Positions 10,419 to 19,593 of a stretch of 64,000 nt of DNA are shown here, piece after piece. The notes beneath the pieces were generated by a model. The model was given only the letters and a program-made list of their open reading frames with translations, was not told the origin of the DNA and did not search any database. Positions within the stretch are counted from its first letter, which is position 1. Each line of letters opens with the position of its first letter. The stretch comes from Candidatus Methanophagaceae archaeon GoMg1 (GTDB lineage: Archaea > Halobacteriota > Syntropharchaeia > Alkanophagales > Methanospirareceae), in assembly GCA_013180605.1 (NCBI GenBank), contig QBUL01000189.1:2483-66482 (forward strand). The letters run 5' to 3'. Made by a program: the position numbers and the translations under genes.

Positions 10419-11335
10419 AGTGCAGATGTCGCAGAAGCTTTCTTTCTACGAGAACGCGGACGTGGTCGTGGGGAAAGAGAATCCACATCCAAGTCTAACC
10501 CTTTTTCCAGTTCCTTATACCTATTTCGGATTGTAATCTCCGTTGTACCTACTACCTTGGCTATTTCCTTCTCCGTTCGGTACTCGCCACTTAAAACCGC
10601 GGCAATGTATATCGCCGCTGCTGCTGTTCCTATTGGTGCCCAGCCCCTCGCAGTTCCCGTTCCCTCATTCCTCTTTAGTATCTCTATTGCCTTTTCCCTT
10701 ATCGCCTCGCTTAATCCTAATGCGGAGCAGAACCGAGGAATGTAATGCGATGGGTCAGCAGGGGCAATCTTCAATCCGAATTTCCTTAAAAGGAAAATAT
10801 ACGCACGCCTTATTTTCTTCAGGGGGCTTCTTGACACCCGCGCAATTTCCTTCAGCGTTCGTGGAATCCCATTTTGCCTGCAAATAATGTACAGCATTGC
10901 TGAGACCAATTCTTCTATACTGCGTCCCTTAATCAAATTTCGTTTCGCCGCTTTTCGGTACAGCACAGAAGTCATCTCTTTAATATCATTCGGCAGCTTA
11001 AGTGCGCATGCCATTCTATCTATCTCGATAAGTGCGAAGGCAAGGGTCTTCTCGCTACTGTCCATGTTTACCCACTTTAATCTCTGTATCCCGGCGGGTA
11101 ATTTTGGCGTTGGTGTGCTCAGCCCTTTATCATGAATTCTATAACTCATACCCGGACCTGTTCTTACCCTTTTTGATGCTTGCTCGGAATCGTACGCACG
11201 CCATTCTGGTCCGAGGTCCACGAGATTCTCCGCTATCACCATCCCGCAGTTGGCACAGTACAGTTCTGCATGCTTAGAATCAGACACAACGTTTTTTGAT
11301 CCGCATTCTGGACATATTTTTAGTTTGTTTGCCAT
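10415..11335 (-). CDS. tfb: Transcription initiation factor IIB
   Basis: CPECGS...CANCG Zn ribbon, DLGPEWRAY B-reader, two cyclin repeats, TEITIRNRYKEL; start placed at MANK. Confidence 0.95.
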   Translation of the reverse strand: MANKLKICPECGSKNVVSDSKHAELYCANCGMVIAENLVDLGPEWRAYDSEQASKRVRTGPGMSYRIHDKGLSTPTPKLPAGIQRLKWVNMDSSEKTLAFALIEIDRMACALKLPNDIKEMTSVLYRKAAKRNLIKGRSIEELVSAMLYIICRQNGIPRTLKEIARVSRSPLKKIRRAYIFLLRKFGLKIAPADPSHYIPRFCSALGLSEAIREKAIEILKRNEGTGTARGWAPIGTAAAAIYIAAVLSGEYRTEKEIAKVVGTTEITIRNRYKELEKGLDLDVDSLSPRPRPRSRRKKASATSAL

Positions 11336-11380
11336 ACCAGAGATGTTTATATTTTTTCTGTTATATAATACTTTCGTTTT

Positions 11381-11425
11381 TATTGTATATAAAGTGTAAC
11401 TTCCCTCTGTTTGAGACACGGATTT
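11381..11425 (-). repeat. Family A repeat, right half (inverted), upstream of tfb
   Basis: Reverse complement reads AATCCGTGTCTCAAACAGAGGGAAGTTACACTTTATATACAAT. Confidence 0.75.
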
Positions 11426-11526
11426 TTTCTTTTGTTCTTGAGACCGAAAACTTTTTATATTGCCTCGACATATTTTAAAAGCATGACAAAAGTTAGCGAA
11501 AGGGATATTAAAAAAAAAGGAGGTGA

Positions 11527-11850
11527 TTGAAAATGGTAGAAGAAAAACAGGGGGGATTGAAACAGTTGTTTGTTTACGAACATGATGCAAGTCGGCTGGA
11601 ACTTTTCATCAGAATCGTGTATTCGTTCGTTGTAATGCTGGTGTTAGCTGTGTACGGATTTATCGCAGAGATATGCATGCTTATTCAGTGGTTTGTGGTA
11701 TTGATACTTGGACGCAGAAGCGAGGGGTTAAGCAACTTCATTAAAGGGTATCTGGAATATTTTGTGCACGTGATAGGCTATGTTTACTGGATGACCGACG
11801 ATAGACCCGGAATATTCCCAAAGCCTGTTGAGATATACGAGAAAAAGTGA
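11527..11850 (+). CDS. DUF4389-like small membrane protein
   Basis: SRLELFIR, IQWFVVLILGRR, Y...MTDDRP pattern; GGAGGTGA RBS. Confidence 0.75.
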   Translation: MKMVEEKQGGLKQLFVYEHDASRLELFIRIVYSFVVMLVLAVYGFIAEICMLIQWFVVLILGRRSEGLSNFIKGYLEYFVHVIGYVYWMTDDRPGIFPKPVEIYEKK

Positions 11851-12000
11851 ACGAGGTATTCATCAATAAATCGGTGAATACCCGTAATAACCTTTTTCTT
11901 TTTTTTTCTTTTTATACTTTATTCATGACATAATTTCAATTTGAGGATATCTATAACTTTACATATAGGTGATAGAATACTTACACAATAAAAAAATAAA

Positions 12001-12990
12001 ATGAGAACTGCGTGGCTGAAGATAAGGATGGGGATGTGTGTATTGCTCCTGTTTGCGGTGATATATGCGCTATTAATCGTTATAGCTACCCTCTTAGGAG
12101 GTACAGGGTCTGGTATGATGATAATTTATGCTTTAATCGCATTCGTGCTGGTGGGTATTCAGTTCTTTATAGGTCCGAAGATAGTGGAGCGGTCAATGCG
12201 TGTTCGCTATGTTTCGGAACAAGAGCAGCCGGAATTGCACCGGATGGTGACCGAATTAGCGATGAAGGCAGGGATACCCAAACCAAGGGTAGGGATTTCT
12301 GAGATTTCTATACCCAACGCTTTTGCGTTCGGCACCTCGAAAAAGAAAGCGAGGGTTTGCGTCACGCGAAGATTAATGGAGATGTTAAGCAGGGACGAAT
12401 TAGAAGCGGTTTTAGGGCATGAACTTTCGCACATAAAACATCAAGATATGGTAGTTATAACGGCGCTGAGCGTGATACCGATGATATGCTACTTCATCTA
12501 TTTCAGCTTCTTCTGGTCGGGTATCTTCGGCGGCGGCATGGGCAGAAGTAGAGATGGAGCGTTACCAATGATGGCTATTGCTTTAATCGCCTTCGTGGTG
12601 TATTTCATAAGTAACCTTATCGTGCTTTACGTGTCTCGTATAAGGGAGTATTATGCGGATGCAGGAAGTGCAGAGCTAACGAGAAAGCCTCATGAACTCG
12701 CTTCTGCGCTATACAAAATGATTTATGGTAGTGCAGGAGCGAAGCCGGAAAAGGTAAAAAAGGAAATGGAAAGTATGCGAGCTTTCTTCGCTGCCGACCC
12801 TGTAACTGCAAGGAGGGATTTAAAGGATTTGCGCGCTGCCGATTTAAATAAAGATGGAAAGATAGATGAATATGAACTAAGAGCTTTTGCAGAAAGGGCA
12901 AGAGTAAGCCGTGCTGATAGGTTGATGGAAATCTTTTCCACGCATCCTACCCCGGTTAGCAGGGTTAAAAAGCTGGGAGAGTATCTTTAA
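12001..12990 (+). CDS. htpX: Zinc metalloprotease HtpX (M48)
   Basis: PNAFA, HELSH, SRIREYYAD, FSTHP. Confidence 0.95.
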   Translation: MRTAWLKIRMGMCVLLLFAVIYALLIVIATLLGGTGSGMMIIYALIAFVLVGIQFFIGPKIVERSMRVRYVSEQEQPELHRMVTELAMKAGIPKPRVGISEISIPNAFAFGTSKKKARVCVTRRLMEMLSRDELEAVLGHELSHIKHQDMVVITALSVIPMICYFIYFSFFWSGIFGGGMGRSRDGALPMMAIALIAFVVYFISNLIVLYVSRIREYYADAGSAELTRKPHELASALYKMIYGSAGAKPEKVKKEMESMRAFFAADPVTARRDLKDLRAADLNKDGKIDEYELRAFAERARVSRADRLMEIFSTHPTPVSRVKKLGEYL

Positions 12991-13148
12991 GATAGCGGTT
13001 TGGCGGTTTAGACGGTTAGCGGATTGCTCAAAAGCCCTGAAACCTAAAACCGGACACCTGTTTGGTCTGTGTTAATTAAGCCCTTTCGGGGCTTGCGGGA
13101 ATGTGGGCAGAGCTCCCTTAGCGTTCATCCGTGTCAACAATTTATTTT
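12991..13148 (-). repeat. Composite repeat: 8-mer GCGGTTT(A/G) units plus an inverted family A left arm carrying the nested insert
   Basis: Shares the insert with 1668-1710 and the 8-mer tract with 18945-18975. Confidence 0.7.
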
Positions 13149-13684
13149 CTATTTTCTCGTAGCTTCACACAACCATTTGCCACCTTTATCACCACCTCTA
13201 TATCCCTCTCGCTCCACCTTGAAGAATCTATCACCATGTCGTAAATGGAAAGGTCGTCCAAATCTATTCCATAATATTGCTCGTATCGCTTATTTTCTGA
13301 GCGTTCTCGGTTGTTCATAGCAGAAAGAGCTTCTTCGTAGGCTATTGCTTCCCGATGCGCAATTCGCTTCGCTCTTACTTCTACCGGTGCTTTTAGCCAT
13401 ATCTTTAGGTCTGCGTCAGGAACAGAGAATCCGGACAACCTGCCTTCTACAATGACATTCTCCCGCTTCATCGCCTCTTCTCCCTGCCGCTCATCTATTT
13501 GTCTATCGAAATCGTCATCGGTTTCTGCCAATTTGTTAAAATGCTCTAACTGCAGTTTCTTTTCCTTCGCTATTTGCCTAAATAGCTCGCCCGCGGAAAT
13601 TAGCTCTACTGATAATTCTTCTGATAGCAACTTCGCAACCGTTGTTGTGCCACTGCCCGGAAGACCACTTATTGTTATTCGCAT
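13142..13684 (-). CDS. cmk: Archaeal cytidylate kinase
   Basis: ISGLPGSGTTT, SAGELFR, EGRLSG, RYEQYYGID. Confidence 0.95.
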   Translation of the reverse strand: MRITISGLPGSGTTTVAKLLSEELSVELISAGELFRQIAKEKKLQLEHFNKLAETDDDFDRQIDERQGEEAMKRENVIVEGRLSGFSVPDADLKIWLKAPVEVRAKRIAHREAIAYEEALSAMNNRERSENKRYEQYYGIDLDDLSIYDMVIDSSRWSERDIEVVIKVANGCVKLRENRK

Positions 13685-13760
13685 AAACTTTTTCTTATTT
13701 ACTTTACGATATACTAATTATGTATTTACCCAAATATTTTTGTGTTAGCAGAACGAACGG

Positions 13761-13884
13761 AAATAAATTGTTGACACAGATTAACGCAGATTAACACAGA
13801 TGATAAGAATCAACACGGTTAAACTAAAATAAATCTGCGTAAATCTGTGTCTCAAATAGAAGGAAGCTATACTTTATATACAAT
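13761..13884 (+). repeat. Family A hairpin repeat, full copy
   Basis: Near-identical to 9585-9716; ends in GAAGCTATACTTTATATACAAT. Confidence 0.9.
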
Positions 13885-13906
13885 GAAAAAGGGGCACATA
13901 TCAAAA

Positions 13907-15142
13907 ATGACGAATAACACGATATATATCATTGACGTCACAAACAGAGACGGTGTGCAGACATCGAAATTGGGCTTAGCGAAGTTAGAGAAGACCATGC
14001 TGAACCTTTACCTGGATGAGATGGGTGTCTTCATGAGCGAGTTCGGTTTCCCAGTCACGAGGCACGAGACGAACTATTTGAATGCCAATCTGGCGTTAGC
14101 AGAGATAGGTGCTCTGAAACGCATACGACTTAGCGGGTGGTTGAGAGCAATAAAGGGGGATGTCGAAGAAGCTTTTCGATTGGTGCCGAAACTGAAGCAC
14201 GTTAATTTGAGTATATCAACATCTAAACAGATGATAGAGGGCAAATTCAGGGGAAAATTCGGCTGGAAGGACATAATAAGAGAGATGTGCGAGGCAGTTG
14301 ATGCAGCGAGGGAACACGGTGCAGAGACTATTGGAGTCAACGCAGAAGACGCTTCGAGGACAGAACTCGAACGGCTGATAGAATTTGCCGAAGCTGCAAA
14401 ACAGCATGGTGCAGACCGGATAAGATACTGCGACACGCTCGGCTATGACGACTCGTTCACCATTTACGAGCGAGTAAAAGCACTCGCAGAGGCGGTGTGT
14501 ATTCCCATCGAACTGCACTGTCACAACGATTTGGGTATGGCAGTCGCCTGCTCGATTGCGGGCGCCAAAGGAGCAATGGATGCGGGTGTTGATGCGTACA
14601 TTAACACCACGATTAATGGACTGGGCGAGCGAGCTGGTAACGCAGACCTGGTTTCGACAATACTCGCGGTAAAGAAAGCAAGTGGTTTTGAACACAAATA
14701 TCGGTTACAGGAGGTAGATTTAAGCCACGCATGGCGGATCTGCAACTACGCTTCTCTTTCTTTTAGCGTCCCTATCCCGGTCAACCAGCCTGCGGTAGGC
14801 GATAACGCCTTCGCCCATGAATCCGGGATACACGTTGATGGGACGTTAAAAGACAGTAGAAATTATGAACTGTATGACTACACAGAAGTAGGCAGAGGGC
14901 ATATCGAGCAGATTGAGACGGGTAGGCTTATAACAACGGGAGAATATTCGGGAATAAAGGGGTTCAAGAACGTGGCAGGTAAATACGAGTTGGAATTCCG
15001 AGATGACAAAGAAGCTCGTGAAATACTAGAACTCGTGAGGTATGCGAACGTCCACACACAGAAGCCTGTGACGGAGGACGAAATGAAGTTCATTGCAAAA
15101 TACCCGCAGCAGGCAAGAAAGATTATGTCGGTGCAACCATAA
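13907..15142 (+). CDS. DRE-TIM metallolyase (homocitrate-synthase-like), probable Re-citrate synthase
   Basis: DVTNRDGVQ, HCHNDLG, NGLGERAGNA, FAHESGIHVDG; adjacent to aconitase and IDH; the upstream ORF extension is repeat-derived. Confidence 0.75.
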   Translation: MTNNTIYIIDVTNRDGVQTSKLGLAKLEKTMLNLYLDEMGVFMSEFGFPVTRHETNYLNANLALAEIGALKRIRLSGWLRAIKGDVEEAFRLVPKLKHVNLSISTSKQMIEGKFRGKFGWKDIIREMCEAVDAAREHGAETIGVNAEDASRTELERLIEFAEAAKQHGADRIRYCDTLGYDDSFTIYERVKALAEAVCIPIELHCHNDLGMAVACSIAGAKGAMDAGVDAYINTTINGLGERAGNADLVSTILAVKKASGFEHKYRLQEVDLSHAWRICNYASLSFSVPIPVNQPAVGDNAFAHESGIHVDGTLKDSRNYELYDYTEVGRGHIEQIETGRLITTGEYSGIKGFKNVAGKYELEFRDDKEAREILELVRYANVHTQKPVTEDEMKFIAKYPQQARKIMSVQP

Positions 15143-15146
15143 ACAT

Positions 15147-15203
15147 AAATCTCAATGTCAAATACTACCAAATCCCAAGTAAATCCCAATTTCCAAATCC
15201 CAA
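15147..15203 (+). repeat. Degenerate ~7-mer tandem repeat (AAATCCC/AAATTCC)
   Basis: aaatctcaatgtcaaat...ccaaatcccaagtaaatcccaatttccaaatcccaaa; a similar tract lies at 59090-59147. Confidence 0.55.
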
Positions 15204-15321
15204 AGAGAAAGGATAAATTGTGGTATATCTTTTTACAAAAGAAGGAGAAGAAAATAGAAAGGCAACAACCTTTTTATTTAAGCCCACCACTTTAATTATT
15301 GTGTAGAAAAAACAAGATAAA

Positions 15322-15534
15322 ATGAGGACTTATATCTTTAAGGTGGCAATTGAACCGGATGATGATAAGTGGGTTGCTTACTCCCTGGAACTCAAAGACA
15401 GAGGAGGAGCAACCTGGGGTGAGACCAAAGAAGAAGCATTAAATAATTTACAAGATGTAATTCGGTTAGTCATTGAAGATATGGAGGAATGCGGAGAGTT
15501 ACCCTCTTTTGAATCGGAGATTTTCTTTTCATAA
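15322..15534 (+). CDS. hicB: HicB-family antitoxin (C-terminus possibly altered by a deletion)
   Basis: F.VAIE.D...W.A...EL...G.ATWGETKEEAL.N..DVI motif. Confidence 0.85.
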   Translation: MRTYIFKVAIEPDDDKWVAYSLELKDRGGATWGETKEEALNNLQDVIRLVIEDMEECGELPSFESEIFFS

Positions 15535-15634
15535 AGGAAGCCAGACTTTCAGTCCTAAAATCCTCAAAATTATGATTGAGGACCAGGCAAGATGGAGTGA
15601 AGATGATTTAAAGTGCTTAAAAATACTGAAATAA
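15520..15634 (+). pseudogene. HicA toxin C-terminal remnant
   Basis: Reads SFHKGSQTFSPKILKIMIEDQARWSEDDLKCLKILK*; no start, and the N-terminal half is missing. Confidence 0.6.
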
Positions 15635-15690
15635 AAATAAATATCGAAAAAGTAACATATACGATTGATTTAAATTATGGAGTGATTAAT

Positions 15691-17628
15691 ATGTCTGGAA
15701 CAGTTGCAGAAAAGATAATTAACGAGCATATTGTAGATGTAGAGGGAGAAATAGTGCCTGGAGAAGAGGTTGCTTTGAAGATTGACCAGACGCTTACCCA
15801 GGATGCAACGGGTACAATGGCTTATCTGCAGTTCGAAGCTATTGGTATACCAAGGGTGAGAACAGAACTGAGCGTTAGTTATGTTGACCACAACACGCTG
15901 CAAACAGACTTCAAAAACCCTGATGACCATAGATACCTTCAATCCATAGCTAAGAGATTCGGTTTGTATTTCTCCCGCCCCGGTAATGGTATCTGTCACC
16001 AGCTCCACCTGGAAAGATTCGCCTGTCCGGGCAAGACGCTGATTGGTTCTGACAGCCACACACCTACGGCGGGTGGTATAGGTTCGTTTGCCATAGGCGC
16101 GGGTGGTCTTGACGTGGCGGTCGCCATGGCAGGTATGCCGTACAGAATAAAGTATCCAAAGATTACGGGTATAAAACTTACAGGAAAACTTCCTGATTGG
16201 GTCTCAGCTAAGGACGTCATACTGGAGGTTCTTCGCAGGATAGACGTCAAAGGCGGAAGGGGGAAGGTGCTGGAGTATTTTGGTCCCGGAGTTAAGACGC
16301 TTAGCGTACCAGAGCGAGCAACAATAACCAATATGGGCACTGAAACAGGAGCGACGACGAGCGTATTCCCGAGCGATGAAGTGACACGGAGCTTCATGGA
16401 AGCACAGGCACGTGGCGACCAATGGGTTTCGCTTGAAGCCGATGCAGATGCAGGATATGACGAAATCATAGAGATTGACCTGAGCGAAGTAGAGCCACTG
16501 GTTGCTATTCCTCACAGTCCGGGGAACGTCAAGCCGGTGAGAGAGATTGCAGGAATGGATGTGCAGCAAGTAGCGATTGGCTCGTGTACAAACTCCTCGT
16601 TACGCGACCTCAAAAAGGTGGCAAATATACTGAAAGGGCATACGATTGCGGATAACCTGCATCTTACTATAAACCCGGGTTCGAGGCAGGTGGTAGAGCA
16701 CCTCATCGAGAGCGGTGAGATGCGGTATCTCGTAGCTGCGGGTGCACGGATACTTGAAAACGCCTGCGGTCCTTGCATAGGTATGGGCGCCGCACCATCT
16801 TCGCAGGGCATATCTATACGAACGTTTAACAGGAACTTTGAGGGCAGGAGCGGAACAAAGGACGCAGAGATATTTCTTGTAAGCCCTGAAGTCGCAGCAG
16901 CTACGGCAATTAACGGTGTTCTTACAGACCCACGGGACCTCGGCGATTGCCCTCAGATAGAGATGCCTCGGCGGTTTATAATCAACGACAACATGTTTTT
17001 ACCGCCACTTCAATCAGAGCAGCATCTAGCCAATTTAGTAGAGATTATGAGGGGACCGAACATTAAGCTACTGCCGGATTTCCCGCCATTGCCTGATACG
17101 CTTAAGGGCGAAGTGCTCATTAAGGTTGGGGATAATATCACTACCGACCACATCATGCCTGCTGGAGCGAAAATCCTCCCGTTGAGGAGCAACATACAGG
17201 AGATATCGAAGTATGTTTTTGAGGCGGTTGACCCCGGTTTCCCCTCAAGGGCTCTGGACCGGGGTGGTGGATTCATAATAGGTGGTGAGAACTACGGTCA
17301 GGGCTCAAGCAGAGAACATGCCGCACTTGCACCCAAATATCTGGGCGTTAAGGCGGTAATTGTCAAGTCTTTCGCTCGCATCCATCTCGCGAACTTGATA
17401 AACTTCGGAATAGTGCCTCTGACATTTAAAGATCCAGCGGGCTACGATTCCATAGACCTGGGGGATAAGTTAGAGGTTATTATAGGAGAATTGCGGGACG
17501 ATGTCGGACTCAGGAATCTGACAAAAGGGGATGAAATCGAACTTACACACTCCCTTTCACAACTTGATGCTGAGATATTGAAGACCGGAGGTAAACTGCC
17601 CTGGGTAAAGGCAAAGGTTGGAAAATAA
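15691..17628 (+). CDS. acn: Aconitate hydratase (short, Aquifex/Clostridium type)
   Basis: DQTLTQDATGT, GSDSHT, IGSCTN, CGPCIG, NRNFEGR, ITTDHI, NYGQGSSREHA. Confidence 0.93.
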   Translation: MSGTVAEKIINEHIVDVEGEIVPGEEVALKIDQTLTQDATGTMAYLQFEAIGIPRVRTELSVSYVDHNTLQTDFKNPDDHRYLQSIAKRFGLYFSRPGNGICHQLHLERFACPGKTLIGSDSHTPTAGGIGSFAIGAGGLDVAVAMAGMPYRIKYPKITGIKLTGKLPDWVSAKDVILEVLRRIDVKGGRGKVLEYFGPGVKTLSVPERATITNMGTETGATTSVFPSDEVTRSFMEAQARGDQWVSLEADADAGYDEIIEIDLSEVEPLVAIPHSPGNVKPVREIAGMDVQQVAIGSCTNSSLRDLKKVANILKGHTIADNLHLTINPGSRQVVEHLIESGEMRYLVAAGARILENACGPCIGMGAAPSSQGISIRTFNRNFEGRSGTKDAEIFLVSPEVAAATAINGVLTDPRDLGDCPQIEMPRRFIINDNMFLPPLQSEQHLANLVEIMRGPNIKLLPDFPPLPDTLKGEVLIKVGDNITTDHIMPAGAKILPLRSNIQEISKYVFEAVDPGFPSRALDRGGGFIIGGENYGQGSSREHAALAPKYLGVKAVIVKSFARIHLANLINFGIVPLTFKDPAGYDSIDLGDKLEVIIGELRDDVGLRNLTKGDEIELTHSLSQLDAEILKTGGKLPWVKAKVGK

Positions 17629-17637
17629 ATAGAAAAA

Positions 17638-18849
17638 ATGACAGATAAAATCCAGATGAGGACCCCATTAGTGGAAATAGACGGAGACGAGATGACAAGG
17701 GTAATGTGGAGCATGGTAAAGGAGAAACTTCTTTATCCCTACATTGACCTCAAAACCGAGTACTATGACCTTGCTCTTGAAAAGAGGGACGAGACCGAAG
17801 ACCAGATAACCATAGAGGCAGCAGAGGCGATAAAGAGGTATGGCGTGGGTGTTAAGTGCGCCACAATAACACCAAATGCAGCAAGAGTCACGGAATACAA
17901 CCTGAAGCAGCAGTGGAAGAGCCCAAATGGCACAATCAGAGCCATTCTGGATGGTACTATTTTCAGGCAGCCTATAATGGTGCGGAATGTAAAACCCGCG
18001 GTAAGAAACTGGAAAAAGCCAATAATATTGGGCAGGCATGCCTACGGCGATGTGTATAAGAATGTCGAGTACAGGATTAGCGGTCCAGGGAAGGCAGAGA
18101 TGGTGTTCACGCCCGAGAACGGTGAGGAAGTTAGGCACACAATACATGACTTCAATGGGTCTGGCATAATACAGGGGATACACAATCTTGACGGCTCAAT
18201 AAACAGCTTTGCCGACACCTGCTTCGCTTACGCTCTCGACCAGAAAGTGGACCTATGGTTCTCTACAAAGGACACCATATCCAAGACATACGACAATAAT
18301 TTTAGGGAGATATTCGAGAAGGTCTATGAAGAGAAGTACAAGGGTAAGTTCGAGGAGGTGGGAATAACATACTTCTATACGCTGATAGACGATGCCGTAG
18401 CAAGGATAATCAGGTCGGAGGGCGGCATGCTCTGGGCGTTGAAGAACTATGATGGCGATGTAATGTCGGATATGCTTGCCTCGGTTTTCGGGAGTTTAGC
18501 CATGATGACCTCGGTCCTGGTATCGCCACACGGCTACTTCGAGTATGAAGCGGCACACGGTACGGTGCAGAAGCACTACTACAAGCATCTCAAGGGCGAG
18601 AAGACATCTACTAACTCCATTGCACTCATATTCGCGTGGAGCGGTGCGTTACGAAAGCGCGGAGAACTGGACGGCATACCTGAGCTTGCAACGTTCGCAG
18701 ACAAATTAGAAGCTGCTGCTACGGGCACAATAGAAGACGGTATAATGACTGGCGACTTGGCAAAACTGGCTGAACCACCTGCGAAGCGAGTGGCGAATAC
18801 GGAAGAGTTCATGGAAGAGGTAAAGACGCGGCTCGATAATGTGCACTAA
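17638..18849 (+). CDS. icd: NADP-dependent isocitrate dehydrogenase (eukaryote-like dimeric type)
   Basis: [40 protein letters not shown]. Confidence 0.96.
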   Translation: MTDKIQMRTPLVEIDGDEMTRVMWSMVKEKLLYPYIDLKTEYYDLALEKRDETEDQITIEAAEAIKRYGVGVKCATITPNAARVTEYNLKQQWKSPNGTIRAILDGTIFRQPIMVRNVKPAVRNWKKPIILGRHAYGDVYKNVEYRISGPGKAEMVFTPENGEEVRHTIHDFNGSGIIQGIHNLDGSINSFADTCFAYALDQKVDLWFSTKDTISKTYDNNFREIFEKVYEEKYKGKFEEVGITYFYTLIDDAVARIIRSEGGMLWALKNYDGDVMSDMLASVFGSLAMMTSVLVSPHGYFEYEAAHGTVQKHYYKHLKGEKTSTNSIALIFAWSGALRKRGELDGIPELATFADKLEAAATGTIEDGIMTGDLAKLAEPPAKRVANTEEFMEEVKTRLDNVH

Positions 18850-18894
18850 AATATAGTCATTCCGAAAATTATTAACCACAGATTACACAGATTT

Positions 18895-19045
18895 ATTTAA
18901 CTTGACAATGCCAGATTAACCGCAGAGTTCACAGAGAGTGCAGGAGATGGCGGTTTGGAGGTTTAGCGGGTTAGAACGGACTAACACAGGATACCTAACA
19001 CCTAATTCCCTCTGCAGACTCTGCGTTCTCTGCGGTGAATTTTGA
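18895..19045 (-). repeat. Family B hairpin repeat (ACCGCAGAG arms) with a GGCATTGTCAAGTTAAAT end
   Basis: Reverse complement closely matches 53621-53763. Confidence 0.8.
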
Positions 19046-19092
19046 AATGCGACACTGTCAAATTAACTCTAACATTATTGATTCTGACTGTC

Positions 19093-19136
19093 AATCTGTG
19101 TTAATCTGCGTTAATCTGTGTCATCAATTTATTTTT
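19093..19136 (-). repeat. Family A left arm (inverted)
   Basis: aatctgtgttaatctgcgttaatctgtgtcatcaatttatttt. Confidence 0.75.
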
Positions 19137-19420
19137 TCAGATACGTTGCCGCGATCCCAAATCAGTGTGCCTGTCTCATGGACACGCTATTCAAGCGAGC
19201 AAGGAGATTCTTCACGGTTGATGCACTGTGACGGCTTCCATTGTAGACAAAATAAAGTCGTAAGCTAAGTTAAGTTTCTTTATCTCCATGGGAAGAGGAT
19301 GGTCCTGGCGCCATTTTTTTTTTGGTAGAGTGTGTCGTCCTGTTCGGCGCTCAGATCAGCGACACATCCACTGGCATGGCCAATAATGAGCTTAATGGCA
19401 CCAATATTGCATAAGAAGGG
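19137..19420 (-). pseudogene. Degraded IS1634/IS4-like DDE transposase fragment
   Basis: Frameshifted pieces LAYD, FVYNGSRHSASTVKNLLARL and TLIWDRGNVS; shares CTTAGCTTACGAC-like sequence with 32110-32122. Confidence 0.5.
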
Positions 19421-19593
19421 CATTTAAGCTTACAGTTGATGATATGTAGGTGGCACATCTAATTCTGTTCAGGTGTTTATAATAAAGGAATAAATTATTG
19501 TGGGTCCAACGACATTGCCTAAATCAAAATATTCGCTAGTTTTATAAGGAATAAAAGCGATATTAACAAGTAAATTTGGAGGTTGGTAAAAAG

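Noticed and set aside
11336-11590. 84-aa N-terminal extension of TFB in the ORF track
   Set aside because: It crosses a family A repeat and overlaps the divergent gene; the Zn ribbon starts right after Met at 11335
13847-13906. N-terminal extension SQIEGSYTLYT, also seen in the TFB ORF extension
   Set aside because: It is the translated family A repeat tail, not a shared protein motif
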